A stretch of DNA of 54,067 nt, taken from positions 1 through 54,067 of the forward strand of contig DATHHS010000154.1 of NCBI GenBank assembly GCA_035317085.1, given 5' to 3'. The notes under the pieces were generated by a model. That model was not told the DNA's origin and made no database searches. It saw only the letters and a program-made list of their open reading frames with translations. The translations under genes and the position numbers were made by a program. This document shows, piece by piece, positions 36,804 to 46,953 of the stretch; position 1 is the first letter of the stretch; each line of letters begins with the position of its first letter. This DNA is from Burkholderiales bacterium (GTDB lineage Bacteria; Pseudomonadota; Gammaproteobacteria; Burkholderiales; SG8-39).

Positions 36804-38483
36804 TCAGCTACCGTCGGTAATCGCCCCCAGACTCGCGGTCGAAACCAGCTTCATGTACTTCGCCATCAGGCCGCGCGTGTAGCGCGGCTTGGGTTGCTTC
36901 CATTTCTTTCTGCGCGTCGCGAGTTCCTTCACGGAAACGTTTAGCTGGAGTAGGTGCTTCTTCGCGTCGATGGTGATCGAGTCGCGTTCTTTTACCAATG
37001 CGATCATGCCGCCGACGTAAGCCTCGGGTGCAACGTGTCCCACCACCATGCCCCAGGTGGCGCCCGAAAAACGTCCGTCGGTGACCAGGCCGACCGACTC
37101 GCCCAGTCCCTGGCCAATGAGCGCCGAGGTCGGCGCAAGCATCTCCTGCATGCCGGGGCCGCCCTTCGGGCCTTCGTAGCGGATGACGATGATGTCGCCC
37201 GCACGGATTTTCTTCGCGAGGATCGCCTTCATCGCCGCGGACTCGGATTCGAACACGCGCGCGGGGCCGGTGATCGAGGTTTGCTTGAGACCGGTGATCT
37301 TGGCGACGCAGCCCTCGGTCGCGAGGTTGCCCTTGAGGATCGCGAGATGCCCCTGCGCGTACATTGGTTTCGACCAGGGCCGGATCACGTCCTGATCCTT
37401 GCGCGGCTCCTCAGGCACGTTCGCGAGTTCCTCGGCAAGCGTGCGGCCGGTGATGGTCATGCACCCGCCGTGCACCAGGCCGTGCACGAGCAGCATCTTG
37501 AGCACCTGCGGCACGCCGCCCGCGGCGTGGAAGTCGGTCGCCACGTAGGTGCCCGAGGGTTTCAGATCGCACAGCACCGGAACCTTGCGCCGCACGCGCT
37601 CGAAATCGTCAATGCTCCATTTCACGCCCGCGGCCGAGGCGATGGCGAGGTAATGCAGCACGGCGTTGGTCGAACCGCCGGTGGCCATCACCACCGCGAT
37701 CGCGTTCTCGATCGACTTGCGCGTAATGATGTCGCGGGGCCGGATGTTCCTGCGGATCGCGTTGATCAGGACCTTCGCCGATTCCGCCGCAGAGTCGGCC
37801 TTCTCGCGATCGGGCGAGGCCATCTGCGAGGAGCCGAGCACGCTCATGCCGAGCGCCTCAAACGAGGAGGACATGGTATTCGCCGTGAACTGGCCGCCGC
37901 AGGCGCCCACCGAAGGGCAGGCGTTCTTCTCGATGCCGTCGAAATCTTCCTTCGCCATCTTGCCCGCGGCGCGCGCGCCCACCGCTTCGAACGCCGAGAC
38001 GATGGTGAGCTTCTGCCCTTTCCAGTTGCCGGGCTTGATCGTGCCCGCATAAACGAAGATGCCCGGAACGTTCATGCGCGCCATCGCCATCATGGCGCCG
38101 GGCATGTTCTTGTCGCAGCCGCCCACGCAGACGACGCCGTCCATCATCTGGCCGTTCACCGCGGTTTCGATCGCGTCGGCGATCACCTCGCGCGAGATGA
38201 GCGAATATTTCATGCCCTCGGTGCCCATGCCGATGCCGTCGGTGACGGTGGGAAAACCGAAGGTCTGCGGCATCGCGCCCGCCGCCTTCACCGCCGCGAC
38301 CGCGCTGTCCACGAGCGGCTGGATGCCGGCGTTGCAGGGATTCATGGTCGAGTGGCCGTTGGCGACGCCGACGATGGCCTTTTCGAAATCGCCGTCGCCG
38401 AAACCGACCGCGCGCAGCATGGCGCGGTTGGGCGAGCGAGCGTCGCCGTGGGTAATGGTCTTGCTTCTCCAGTTGTCCGCCAT
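36804..38483 (-). CDS. ilvD: Dihydroxy-acid dehydratase
   Basis: The product is 559 aa. [14 protein letters not shown] and [19 protein letters not shown] are present. Confidence 0.95.
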   Translation of the reverse strand: MADNWRSKTITHGDARSPNRAMLRAVGFGDGDFEKAIVGVANGHSTMNPCNAGIQPLVDSAVAAVKAAGAMPQTFGFPTVTDGIGMGTEGMKYSLISREVIADAIETAVNGQMMDGVVCVGGCDKNMPGAMMAMARMNVPGIFVYAGTIKPGNWKGQKLTIVSAFEAVGARAAGKMAKEDFDGIEKNACPSVGACGGQFTANTMSSSFEALGMSVLGSSQMASPDREKADSAAESAKVLINAIRRNIRPRDIITRKSIENAIAVVMATGGSTNAVLHYLAIASAAGVKWSIDDFERVRRKVPVLCDLKPSGTYVATDFHAAGGVPQVLKMLLVHGLVHGGCMTITGRTLAEELANVPEEPRKDQDVIRPWSKPMYAQGHLAILKGNLATEGCVAKITGLKQTSITGPARVFESESAAMKAILAKKIRAGDIIVIRYEGPKGGPGMQEMLAPTSALIGQGLGESVGLVTDGRFSGATWGMVVGHVAPEAYVGGMIALVKERDSITIDAKKHLLQLNVSVKELATRRKKWKQPKPRYTRGLMAKYMKLVSTASLGAITDGS

Positions 38484-38568
38484 GGAAAAAACTCCGGATG
38501 CAGAAAGAAAGCGGAAAATCAGTTACGCTTCGACTGCATTTTACTTGAAAGCGCGCCAGAGGCCTCTC

Positions 38569-39357
38569 ATGCTCGTCCACCCGAACTTCAATCCGGTCGC
38601 GATCTCGCTCGGCCCGATAGCGATCCGATGGTATGGGCTCATGTATCTCGTCGGCTTCGCCATATCCTACGGGCTCGGGCGCTTGCGCATCGCGCGCGCA
38701 ATGTCGGGGCGCATCACCGTCGCGATTCTCGATGATCTGCTGTTCTTCTGCGTGCTCGGCGTGGTGCTGGGGGGGAGGCTCGGCTACGTGCTCTTCTACA
38801 AGCCCTCGTATTACTTCCTCCATCCGCTGGAGATTCTCGAGGTCTGGCACGGCGGCATGTCCTTCCACGGAGGGTTTCTCGGCGTGCTCCTTGCGATCTG
38901 GTGGGTCGCGCGAAAGCACGAGCTGCGCTGGATCGAGGTCATGGATTTCTTTGCGCCCCTGGCCCCGCTCGCGCTCGCCGCGGGGCGGATCGGCAATTTT
39001 ATCAACGGCGAGCTTCCCGGCCGCGTCACCGATGTGCCCTGGGGAATGCTCTTCCAAGGCGCGGGACCGCTCCCGCGCCATCCCTCGCAGCTCTACCAGT
39101 TCGCCATGGAGGGGGTGCTCCTGTTCGCGATTCTCTGGATTTATTCGTCAAAACCAAGGCCCGCGGGAGCGGTGTCCGGTGCGTTTCTGCTGGGTTACGG
39201 GGGATTCCGGTTCGCGGCCGAATACTTTCGCGAGCCCGATGATTTTCTTGGACTTCTTGCGCTCAACCTGTCCATGGGCCAGTGGCTGTCGCTGCCCATG
39301 ATCCTGCTTGGCATCGGCATGCTCGCCTGGACTTGGCGTAAATCCCAAAAGGTCTAA
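38569..39357 (+). CDS. lgt: Prolipoprotein diacylglyceryl transferase
   Basis: [43 protein letters not shown] and [14 protein letters not shown] are present. I set the start at ATG 38569. Confidence 0.95.
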   Translation: MLVHPNFNPVAISLGPIAIRWYGLMYLVGFAISYGLGRLRIARAMSGRITVAILDDLLFFCVLGVVLGGRLGYVLFYKPSYYFLHPLEILEVWHGGMSFHGGFLGVLLAIWWVARKHELRWIEVMDFFAPLAPLALAAGRIGNFINGELPGRVTDVPWGMLFQGAGPLPRHPSQLYQFAMEGVLLFAILWIYSSKPRPAGAVSGAFLLGYGGFRFAAEYFREPDDFLGLLALNLSMGQWLSLPMILLGIGMLAWTWRKSQKV

Positions 39358-39369
39358 AATGAAAGCGCC

Positions 39370-39588
39370 ATGGTCGAAGCGGGGGATGAAAAGATGCACG
39401 CTCAGATGAGGCAACGGCTGCACGAGTTGGAACTCGAACACCGGGACCTGGATGCGGCCATCCACCAGATTTCGGACGAACCTTCCCACGATCAACTGGC
39501 CCTCACGCGCATGAAGCGGCGCAAGCTCCTCCTCAAGGACCAGATATCCTGGATCGAGAGACAGCTCGATCCCGATATCCCCGCCTGA
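39370..39588 (+). CDS. DUF465 (YdcH-like) small protein
   Basis: LHELELEHRDLDAAI ... LTRMKRRKLLLKDQI is the characteristic DUF465 pattern. Confidence 0.8.
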   Translation: MVEAGDEKMHAQMRQRLHELELEHRDLDAAIHQISDEPSHDQLALTRMKRRKLLLKDQISWIERQLDPDIPA

Positions 39589-39612
39589 AAGCCTGACCCG
39601 CGCTCGGATTGA

Positions 39613-40356
39613 TCAGCCGAGCCCGCGCACGATGAGCGACGCGCCGCTCGCGAGCAGCAGCACCGCCACTCCCCGCATCACCGCCTCGCGCGAAATCGCG
39701 CGGAAAATCTTCGACGCGAAGTAGATCGCGAACAGTCCCGCCGGAATCGCCGCAGCGGCGGCGATCCACACGCCGTCCTGCATCAGCAGTCCCGTCACCG
39801 TGAACGCGATGAGCCGCAGCCCGATGCTGAAGATCGTGGTCAGCGTCATGGTCGCGCGGAATTGCTCTTTGCTCAGGGGCCGATGGGAGAGATAGATCGC
39901 GTAAGGCGGGCCGCCCGCGCCGAACAGCGTTCCCGAGAGACCGCCGCAGAATCCGGCGAAGTACGCCCAGTTGCGGTTCACCGTGGCGAGCGCCCCGCGC
40001 CGCGTGAGACTGTAGAGCGCATAGCCCAGCGTAAAAATCCCGAGCGCGATGAGCGACGCGTTGCGCGGCAGGTTGACGAGCAGCGTCGTACCGGTGACGA
40101 TCCCCGCGATCATGAGCGGAACCATGCGCGCGATGTCTCCGAGAACCGCGTTGCGCGGGTTTTCCAGGCCCAGGCGCAAGCCGTTCGCGAAGTCGACGAT
40201 CGCAAACACGGCGAGCGCGAAGGGCAGCGGAACGAAAAACGTGGCGAGCGGAATCGTGACGAGCGCCGAACCGAACCCGGTCAATCCCTGGATCAGGCCG
40301 CCCGCGAAAGCGATCGGCGCAAGGGCAAGCGTCGCCTGCGCGCCTTCGAGGATCAT
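39613..40356 (-). CDS. TauE/SafE family sulfite/anion exporter
   Basis: The product is 247 aa with about 7-8 TM segments and repeated GGLIQGLTGFG and GFCGGLSGTLFGAGG motifs. Confidence 0.8.
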   Translation of the reverse strand: MILEGAQATLALAPIAFAGGLIQGLTGFGSALVTIPLATFFVPLPFALAVFAIVDFANGLRLGLENPRNAVLGDIARMVPLMIAGIVTGTTLLVNLPRNASLIALGIFTLGYALYSLTRRGALATVNRNWAYFAGFCGGLSGTLFGAGGPPYAIYLSHRPLSKEQFRATMTLTTIFSIGLRLIAFTVTGLLMQDGVWIAAAAAIPAGLFAIYFASKIFRAISREAVMRGVAVLLLASGASLIVRGLG

Positions 40357-40371
40357 CGGGAGCCTTGGCTT

Positions 40372-43311
40372 CTAGGCAAGCGCGCGGGCCAGCACTCGCG
40401 CGACATGAACGGCTTCTCTCGCCGCGCCGTCGGCGATCTGATGGCGGCAACTGGTGCCGTCGGCGACGATGATCGTCTCGCCGTCCGCCAGGCGCACCTT
40501 CGGCAGGAGCGCAGCCTCGGCCATTTTCATGGAGACATCGTAGTGGTCGGCCTCGTAGCCGAAGCTGCCCGCCATGCCGCAGCAGGAGGACTCGACCGTC
40601 TCGATCGCGAGCTCCGGCACCAGCGCAAGCGTCTGCTGCACCGCCGCCATGACGCCGAAGGCCTTTTGATGGCAATGGCCATGCACCAGCGCGCGTTTTT
40701 CGGGAAGCGGCTTGAGCTTGAGCGCAAGCCGTCCCGCCGCGTGCTCGCGCGCGAGAAACTCCTCGAAGAGCAGCGCCTGCCGCGCGAGCGCGTCGGTGTC
40801 GGCTCCGGGGAGCATCGCCTTGAATTCATCGCGCAGCGTCAGTAGGCAGGAAGGTTCGAGCCCGATGACGGGCACTCCGCGCTCGACGTAGGGCTTGAGC
40901 GCGGCGAGCATGCGCCGCGCCTCCGCCCTGGCCTCTTCCAGCATGCCGGCCGCGAGAAAGGTCCGGCCGCAGCACAGGGGACGAGAACTCCCGGCGGCGC
41001 GGGCGATGTGGACGCCGTAGCCGGCGCGATCGAGCACCGCGAGCGCGGCGCGCGCGTTCTCGGGTTCGAAGTAATTATTGAAGGTATCGACCAACAGGAC
41101 CACTTCGCCGGCTTTTCCCGCGCTTGTCCACCGGCGCAGCGAATGCGAAAAAGCGTCGCCGGACCACTTCGGCAGCGAGCGTTTTGCCGCAAAACCCACC
41201 CAGCGCTTGCCCAGCCCCTGCGCCATATTGCTAAGGCGCGCGACGCGCATCGCCCAGGGCGCGTAGCGCGGCAGAAACGCAACCAGCCTGTCCTTCAGCG
41301 AGTAGCCGTGCCTGCGATGATAGTGATGGAGGAACTCGATTTTCATCTTCGCCATGTCCACGCCGGTCGGGCACTCGCGCTTGCAGCCTTTGCAGGACAC
41401 GCACAGATCGAGCGTCTCGTACATCTCCTCCGACGTGAACGCATCGGGCCCCAGCTGGCCGGAGAGCGCAAGGCGCAGCGAATTGGCGCGGCCGCGCGTC
41501 AGATGCCGCTCGTCGCCGGTCGCGCGAAACGACGGGCACATGGTGCCCGCGTCGAACTTGCGGCAGTGGCCGTTGTTGTTGCACATCTCCACCGCGGCGG
41601 CGAAGCCCTGGCTTGACGCGCCCGGCACGGTCCACTCGCTCCAGTCGAGCGCCGCTTCGATCGGCCGGGCGGCGTAGCCAGGCTTGAACCGGTGCAGGCT
41701 GCGATCGTCCTGCTTCGAGGGCCGCACGATCTTGCCCGGGTTCATCAGCCCTTTCGGATCGAAGAGGTCCTTGATCTCCTCGAGCGCGCGCGTGAGCCGC
41801 GACCCGAGAATAGGTTCGATCCATTCCGAACGCACCAGCCCGTCGCCGTGTTCGCCCGAGTAGGCGGCGCCCTTGTACTTCTTGACGAGCGCGCAGGCTT
41901 CCTCGGCGATCGCGCGCATCTTTTTCGCGCCGTCTTCCTTCATGTTGAGCACCGGCCGCACGTGCAGCGTGCCCACCGAAGCGTGGGCGTACCAGGTCCC
42001 TTCCGTGCCGTGCTTGCGGAACACCTGCGTGAGGAGATCGGTGTACTCGGCGAGGTTTTCCAGCGGCACGGCGCAGTCCTCGATAAAGGAGACGGGCTTG
42101 CCGTCGCCTTTCATCGACATCATGATGTTGAGGCCGGCCTTTCTTACTTCCCACACTTCGCGCTGCAGCGTCGCATCGGTGATCTCGATGACGCTGTCCG
42201 GATGGCCGAGATCCGCCATCAGTTCGGTAAGCTGCTTGAGTTTTCCCAGCTGCTCCCCGCGCTCCTCGCCGGCGAACTCGACCAGCAGGATCGCGTCCGG
42301 ATCGCCTTTGATGAATTTCTCGACCGTGGCGCGAAACGCCGCGTTGCCGCGCGCAAGGCCGATCATGGTGCGGTCGACCAGCTCCACCGCGGTCGGCGCG
42401 AGCTTCACGATATGTTGCGGAGCTTCCATCGCGCGGCGGAAGCTCGCGAAATGGCACACGCCCAGCGTCCTTGCCTTGGGCAGCGGCGAGAGCTTGAGAT
42501 GAATCCTCTTCGAGTACGCGAGCGTGCCTTCGGAGCCGACCAGCAGCTGCGCAAAATTCCACTCCCCCCGCGGCACCACCATGTCGAGGTTGTAGCCCTG
42601 TACTCGCCGCAGCACTTTCGGCCAGCGCGCTTCGATTTCCCCGGCTTCGCGCTCGGCGATGTCGCGGATCTTTTTTGCCAGCCCGACATAGCCGGCCGGC
42701 CCCGACAGCCGCGAGACGTCCGCCGGCACCGCGCCGAAATGAAATTCCGAGCCATCGGCGAGCAGCGCGTCGATGCCGAGCACGTTGTGCACCATGTTGC
42801 CGTAGCGGATCGAGCGCGAGCCGCAGGAATTGTTGCCGGCCATGCCGCCCAGGGTCGCCTGCGCGCTGGTGGACACGTCCACCGGAAACCACAGTCCGTG
42901 CGAGCGCAGGTGAGCGTTCAGCGTGTCGAGCACGACCCCGGGCTGCACTACCGCGGTCGCAGCTTCCTTGTCGAAGGAAACGATCTTGTTGAGAAACTTG
43001 CTGTGGTCGATGACCAGCGCGGCGCCGACCGTCTGGCCGCACTGCGAGCTGCCCGCGCCTCGCGGCAGAACCGGAACGCCTTCTTCAATCGCGATCCGCA
43101 ATGCCGTTTGCGCATCGCGCTCGCTTTTCGGCACCACCACGCCCACGGGATCGATCTGGTAGATGGAAGCATCGGTCGAATAGCGGCCGCGGCTCGCGGC
43201 ATCGAAAAGAACCTCGCCTTCCACCTCGCGCCTCAGGCGCGCAGCGAGCGCGCTGTCGCCCGTGCGCGGATGGAACGAAACGGTGTGGACGCTGGAGGGT
43301 GCGCGATCCAT
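40372..43311 (-). CDS. FAD-linked oxidase fused to Fe-S/CCG domains (YdiJ-like 2-hydroxyacid dehydrogenase), 979 aa
   Basis: It has an N-terminal FAD_binding_4 region (PRGAGSSQCGQ). The ferredoxin-type clusters are CNNNGHCRKFDAGTMCPS and CVSCKGCKRECPTG. C-terminal Cys-rich CCG repeats follow. Confidence 0.85.
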   Translation of the reverse strand: MDRAPSSVHTVSFHPRTGDSALAARLRREVEGEVLFDAASRGRYSTDASIYQIDPVGVVVPKSERDAQTALRIAIEEGVPVLPRGAGSSQCGQTVGAALVIDHSKFLNKIVSFDKEAATAVVQPGVVLDTLNAHLRSHGLWFPVDVSTSAQATLGGMAGNNSCGSRSIRYGNMVHNVLGIDALLADGSEFHFGAVPADVSRLSGPAGYVGLAKKIRDIAEREAGEIEARWPKVLRRVQGYNLDMVVPRGEWNFAQLLVGSEGTLAYSKRIHLKLSPLPKARTLGVCHFASFRRAMEAPQHIVKLAPTAVELVDRTMIGLARGNAAFRATVEKFIKGDPDAILLVEFAGEERGEQLGKLKQLTELMADLGHPDSVIEITDATLQREVWEVRKAGLNIMMSMKGDGKPVSFIEDCAVPLENLAEYTDLLTQVFRKHGTEGTWYAHASVGTLHVRPVLNMKEDGAKKMRAIAEEACALVKKYKGAAYSGEHGDGLVRSEWIEPILGSRLTRALEEIKDLFDPKGLMNPGKIVRPSKQDDRSLHRFKPGYAARPIEAALDWSEWTVPGASSQGFAAAVEMCNNNGHCRKFDAGTMCPSFRATGDERHLTRGRANSLRLALSGQLGPDAFTSEEMYETLDLCVSCKGCKRECPTGVDMAKMKIEFLHHYHRRHGYSLKDRLVAFLPRYAPWAMRVARLSNMAQGLGKRWVGFAAKRSLPKWSGDAFSHSLRRWTSAGKAGEVVLLVDTFNNYFEPENARAALAVLDRAGYGVHIARAAGSSRPLCCGRTFLAAGMLEEARAEARRMLAALKPYVERGVPVIGLEPSCLLTLRDEFKAMLPGADTDALARQALLFEEFLAREHAAGRLALKLKPLPEKRALVHGHCHQKAFGVMAAVQQTLALVPELAIETVESSCCGMAGSFGYEADHYDVSMKMAEAALLPKVRLADGETIIVADGTSCRHQIADGAAREAVHVARVLARALA

Positions 43312-43332
43312 CGCCAGATCAGGAAAGCGGCT

Positions 43333-43986
43333 TCAGGCGGCCGCGGATTCCTTCTCGGCTTCGAGCATCGCCTCGAGCAGCGCTTCGGGCGGTTGCGCGC
43401 CCTCGACGGCGAGGCGCTTGTTGAGGATGAAGAAAGGAACGCCCTGCACGCCCATCCGGCGCGCCTTTTCCTCTTCTTCGCTCACCTTGCGGCGCAGATC
43501 CTCGTCGGCAATGGCGGCTTCGGCCTCCTTGCGGTCAAGGCCGGCCTGCTCCGCGACACGAACCAGGGTCTGCGTATCGGTGAGGTCCAGGCCGTCGACG
43601 AAGTAGGCCTCCATCAAGGCCTCCTTGACCGCGGGCTGAACCCCGTGCAGGCGCGCGCACTCGATCAGCGCGTGGGCGGCGAGCGTGTTGGGCTGGCGCT
43701 CTATCTTGTCGAAAGCGAAGGGGATCCCAAGCTGTGCGCCGGCCTGCACCAGGCGATCGTGGGCGCTGTAGCCGCGCGCCCCGAATTTTTTCGCGATGTA
43801 ATCGGCGCGGGGGATGCCTTCACGCGGAATGTCCGGGTTCAGCTCGAAGGGGTGGTAGGTGATCTCGGGCTCCGGCGCTCCCGGATTGCGCTCGCGGTAC
43901 AGGACAAGAGCCGCTTCCAGCCGGCGCTTGCCTATGTAGCACCACGGGCAGACCACGTCGGAGACAATATCGATGGCAAGTGCCAT
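43333..43986 (-). CDS. DsbA-family oxidoreductase (FrnE / 2-hydroxychromene-2-carboxylate isomerase-like)
   Basis: IDIVSDVVCPWCYIGKRRLE contains the CPWC motif. The product is 217 aa. Confidence 0.85.
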   Translation of the reverse strand: MALAIDIVSDVVCPWCYIGKRRLEAALVLYRERNPGAPEPEITYHPFELNPDIPREGIPRADYIAKKFGARGYSAHDRLVQAGAQLGIPFAFDKIERQPNTLAAHALIECARLHGVQPAVKEALMEAYFVDGLDLTDTQTLVRVAEQAGLDRKEAEAAIADEDLRRKVSEEEEKARRMGVQGVPFFILNKRLAVEGAQPPEALLEAMLEAEKESAAA

Positions 43987-44113
43987 GGGGAATTTCCTTC
44001 AAATGCCGGACGGATCGCGCGTGGCGCCATGATACCGCAGCCTTGAGCCAAATCATGGGGGCGGGGCGCTTTTCCGATAAACTAGCCGTCCGGAAAGACC
44101 ACGCGAGCACGCC

Positions 44114-45307
44114 ATGCCCCATAGAAGCGGACGCCATTTCCTTCAAATCCCCGGTCCGACCAACGTTCCGGACCGCGTTTTGCGCGCGATCGACAACGCC
44201 ACCATGGACCATCGCAGTCCGGAATTCGGACGCATGGGCCTGGAGATACTCGAAGGCCTGAAAGCCGTTTTCCAGACCCGCCAACCCGTCGTGATCTACC
44301 CGGCCTCGGGCACGGGCGCGTGGGAGGCTGCACTCGTCAACACGCTTTCAGCCGGTGACCGCGTGCTCATGTTCGAGACCGGCCATTTCGCGAGCCTGTG
44401 GAACAAGATGGCGGCGCGGCTCGGCATCTCCGTGGACCTCGTCCCGACCGACTGGCGCCGCGGCGTCGATCCGGCGGCGGTCGAAGGCAAGCTGAAAGAG
44501 GACCGCGAGCACCGGGTCAAGGCCGTGTGCGTGGTGCACAACGAGACTTCGACGGGCGTAGTAAGCCGGATCGGCGCGATACGCAAGGCCATCGACGCGG
44601 CAAAACATCCCGCGCTCTACATGGTCGACACGATTTCCTCGCTGGCCTCGATCAACTACCGCCACGACGAGTGGGGCGTGGACGTCACGGTGGCCGGCTC
44701 GCAAAAGGGTCTGATGCTGCCGCCCGGCCTCTCCTTCAACTGTGTGAGCGAGAAGGCACTCAAGGCCTCGCAGTCGGCGAAGTTGCCGCGCGCGTACTGG
44801 AACTGGGAGGAGATGCTGTCCAACAACAAGACGGGCTATTTCCCCTATACGCCGGCGACCAACCTCCTCTACGGCCTGCGCGAATCGCTCGCGATGCTGA
44901 AGGAAGAAGGCCTGCAGAATGTCTTCGCCCGCCATGCGCGTCACGCGGAAAGCACGCGGCGCGCGGTGCGCGCCTGGGGCCTCGAGATCCTGTGCGCCGT
45001 GCCCGAGGAGTATTCGAACTCGCTCACCGCGGTGATGATGCCCGCCGGCCACGACGCCGACGCGCTGCGCAAGATCATCCTCGAAGCCTACGACATGTCG
45101 CTCGGTACCGGTCTGGGAAGACTCGCGGGAAAGGTTTTTCGGATCGGGCACCTCGGCGACTTCAACGATCTGACGCTTGCCGGCACGCTGGCCGGCGTGG
45201 AGATGGGGTTTGCGCTCGCCGGGGTGCCGCACAAAAAAGGCGGCGTGCTCGCGGCGCTCGATCACCTTACCGAAAGCGCGCGGGCGGCCCCGCGCAAGGC
45301 AGCCTGA
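44114..45307 (+). CDS. Class V aminotransferase (serine-glyoxylate/alanine-glyoxylate type)
   Basis: HFLQIPGPTNVPDRVLRA ... VHNETSTGV ... GSQKGLMLPPG contains the PLP lysine. Confidence 0.85.
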   Translation: MPHRSGRHFLQIPGPTNVPDRVLRAIDNATMDHRSPEFGRMGLEILEGLKAVFQTRQPVVIYPASGTGAWEAALVNTLSAGDRVLMFETGHFASLWNKMAARLGISVDLVPTDWRRGVDPAAVEGKLKEDREHRVKAVCVVHNETSTGVVSRIGAIRKAIDAAKHPALYMVDTISSLASINYRHDEWGVDVTVAGSQKGLMLPPGLSFNCVSEKALKASQSAKLPRAYWNWEEMLSNNKTGYFPYTPATNLLYGLRESLAMLKEEGLQNVFARHARHAESTRRAVRAWGLEILCAVPEEYSNSLTAVMMPAGHDADALRKIILEAYDMSLGTGLGRLAGKVFRIGHLGDFNDLTLAGTLAGVEMGFALAGVPHKKGGVLAALDHLTESARAAPRKAA

Positions 45308-45389
45308 GGAAGTTCGGAGTTCCGAATCCGTTTTTGGCATCCGCGGACCTGTTGGACAAATACGCGCGGGGCTTTTTTTAGGAGGAGTC

Positions 45390-46373
45390 ATGAAATTCGC
45401 TAAATGCAGCACGCTCGTGTTGTTGGCGCTGACGGCGGCGCCCGTTGTCGCGTGGGAGCCGACCAAGCCGGTCGAAATCGTGGTCGCCGCGGGCGCGGGC
45501 GGCGCCTCCGACCAGATGGCGCGGATGATGCAGGCCGCCATTCAGAAGAACAACCTGATGAAGCAGCCGATGGTGGTGTCACTGAAAGGCGGCGCGTCGG
45601 GCGCCGAGGCGCTGATCTACATGAAGAGCGGCTCAGGCGACCCGCACAAGGTGCTGATCGCCTATTCGCTCATCTACATGCTGCCGCTGTCGGCCAAGAT
45701 CCCGTTCAACTGGCGCGAGCTCACCCCGGTGTCGGTCATCGCGCTCGACCAGTTCGTGCTGTGGGACAACACCACGCTGCCCTACAAAAACGTGAAGGAA
45801 TTCATCGCAGCCGCCAAGACCGCCAATCCGCAGTTCAAGATGGGCGGCACGGGCTCCAAGCGCGAAGACCACGTCCTCACGGTGTTTCTGGAAAAGAAAA
45901 CCGGCGCGAAATTCGCCTACCTACCCTACAAGTCCGGCGGCGAAGCGGCGACGCAGCTGGTCGGCAATCACACGGCGTCGAACGTCAACAACCCTTCCGA
46001 GAACCTGGAAGTCTGGCGCGCCGGCCAGGTGCGCGCGCTGTGCGTGTTCGACAAGGAGCGCATCCAGTACAAGACCAAGGTCACCGACACGCAGTCCTGG
46101 AACGACATTCCCACCTGCAAGGATGAAGGCGTCGATGTGCAGTACCTGATGCTGCGCGCCATGTTCCTTCCCGGCAAGGTGACGCCCGAGGAGACCGCGT
46201 TCTACGTTGATCTCTTCAAGAAGCTCACGGGGACCTCGGAGTACAAGGACTACATGGAGAAGCAGGCCTTGAAGCCCGTCTTCCTCACGGGCAAGGACAT
46301 GCTGAAATTCCTGGAAGAAGACGACGCGCTCAACAAGAGCCTGATGACCGAAGCGGGCTTCGTCGCGAACTAG
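45390..46373 (+). CDS. tctC: Tripartite tricarboxylate transporter substrate-binding protein TctC
   Basis: A signal peptide is followed by KPVEIVVAAGAGGASDQMARMM. I set the start at ATG 45390, after the GGAGGAG SD. Confidence 0.85.
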   Translation: MKFAKCSTLVLLALTAAPVVAWEPTKPVEIVVAAGAGGASDQMARMMQAAIQKNNLMKQPMVVSLKGGASGAEALIYMKSGSGDPHKVLIAYSLIYMLPLSAKIPFNWRELTPVSVIALDQFVLWDNTTLPYKNVKEFIAAAKTANPQFKMGGTGSKREDHVLTVFLEKKTGAKFAYLPYKSGGEAATQLVGNHTASNVNNPSENLEVWRAGQVRALCVFDKERIQYKTKVTDTQSWNDIPTCKDEGVDVQYLMLRAMFLPGKVTPEETAFYVDLFKKLTGTSEYKDYMEKQALKPVFLTGKDMLKFLEEDDALNKSLMTEAGFVAN

Positions 46374-46379
46374 GGGTTT

Positions 46380-46401
46380 CCCCTCCTCGGACAAGGAGGG
46401 G
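46380..46401 (+). promoter_or_regulatory. Hairpin sequestering the tctB Shine-Dalgarno
   Basis: CCCCTCCT-cggaca-AGGAGGGG. The 3' arm is the SD for tctB (start 46410). Confidence 0.4.
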
Positions 46402-46409
46402 CGGCGCGA

Positions 46410-46952
46410 ATGCCAAAACCTGAAGCCGAAATCGTCGTCGAAGACCCGACCGCGCCGGCGAGTGACTCGCCGGCGGTGGCCAGCCATCGCGCCATCGAAA
46501 TCGTGGTCTCGCTGCTACTGCTCGCGCTTGCCGGGCTGCTGGCGTTCGACAACTGGCGCACCGGCATGGGATGGGATGCGACCGGCCCGCAGGCCGGTTA
46601 CTTCCCGTTCTATCTCTCGGTCATCCTCGCCGGGGCCTGCTTCTGGGGTCTCGCCAAGGAATTCATCGCGCGGAAGGAAGCGAGCGAAACCTTCGTCACG
46701 CGCGCGCAGCTGCGGCGCGTGCTGCAGGTATTCGCCCCGACCCTGCTGTTCTGCTTCCTGACGCAATGGCTCGGACTCTACGTGGCGAGCTTCCTTTTGA
46801 TCGCAGGCTTCATGGTGCTCGTAGGACGCATCTCGCCGTGGAAATCGCTGCTCACGGCGTTTCTCTTCTCGCTCATCATGTTCGTCACCTTCGAGCTCGC
46901 CTTCGACGTCATCATGCCTAAGGGGCCGCTCGAAGCCCTGTTCGGCCACTGA
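46410..46952 (+). CDS. tctB: Tripartite tricarboxylate transporter small membrane protein TctB
   Basis: The product is 180 aa with 4 TM segments and lies between tctC and tctA. Confidence 0.8.
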   Translation: MPKPEAEIVVEDPTAPASDSPAVASHRAIEIVVSLLLLALAGLLAFDNWRTGMGWDATGPQAGYFPFYLSVILAGACFWGLAKEFIARKEASETFVTRAQLRRVLQVFAPTLLFCFLTQWLGLYVASFLLIAGFMVLVGRISPWKSLLTAFLFSLIMFVTFELAFDVIMPKGPLEALFGH

Positions 46953-46953
46953 C

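Noticed and set aside
41692-44046. A 784-aa + strand ORF. Similar long ORFs occur at 36954-38735 (+), 32182-33864 (+), 47407-49149 (-), 33913-35043 (+) and 39533-40675 (-).
   Set aside because: All are antisense or out of frame relative to genes with strong family signatures (YdiJ-like, ilvD, livK, tctA, the DUF255 protein, TauE). Their composition is typical of GC-rich non-coding frames.
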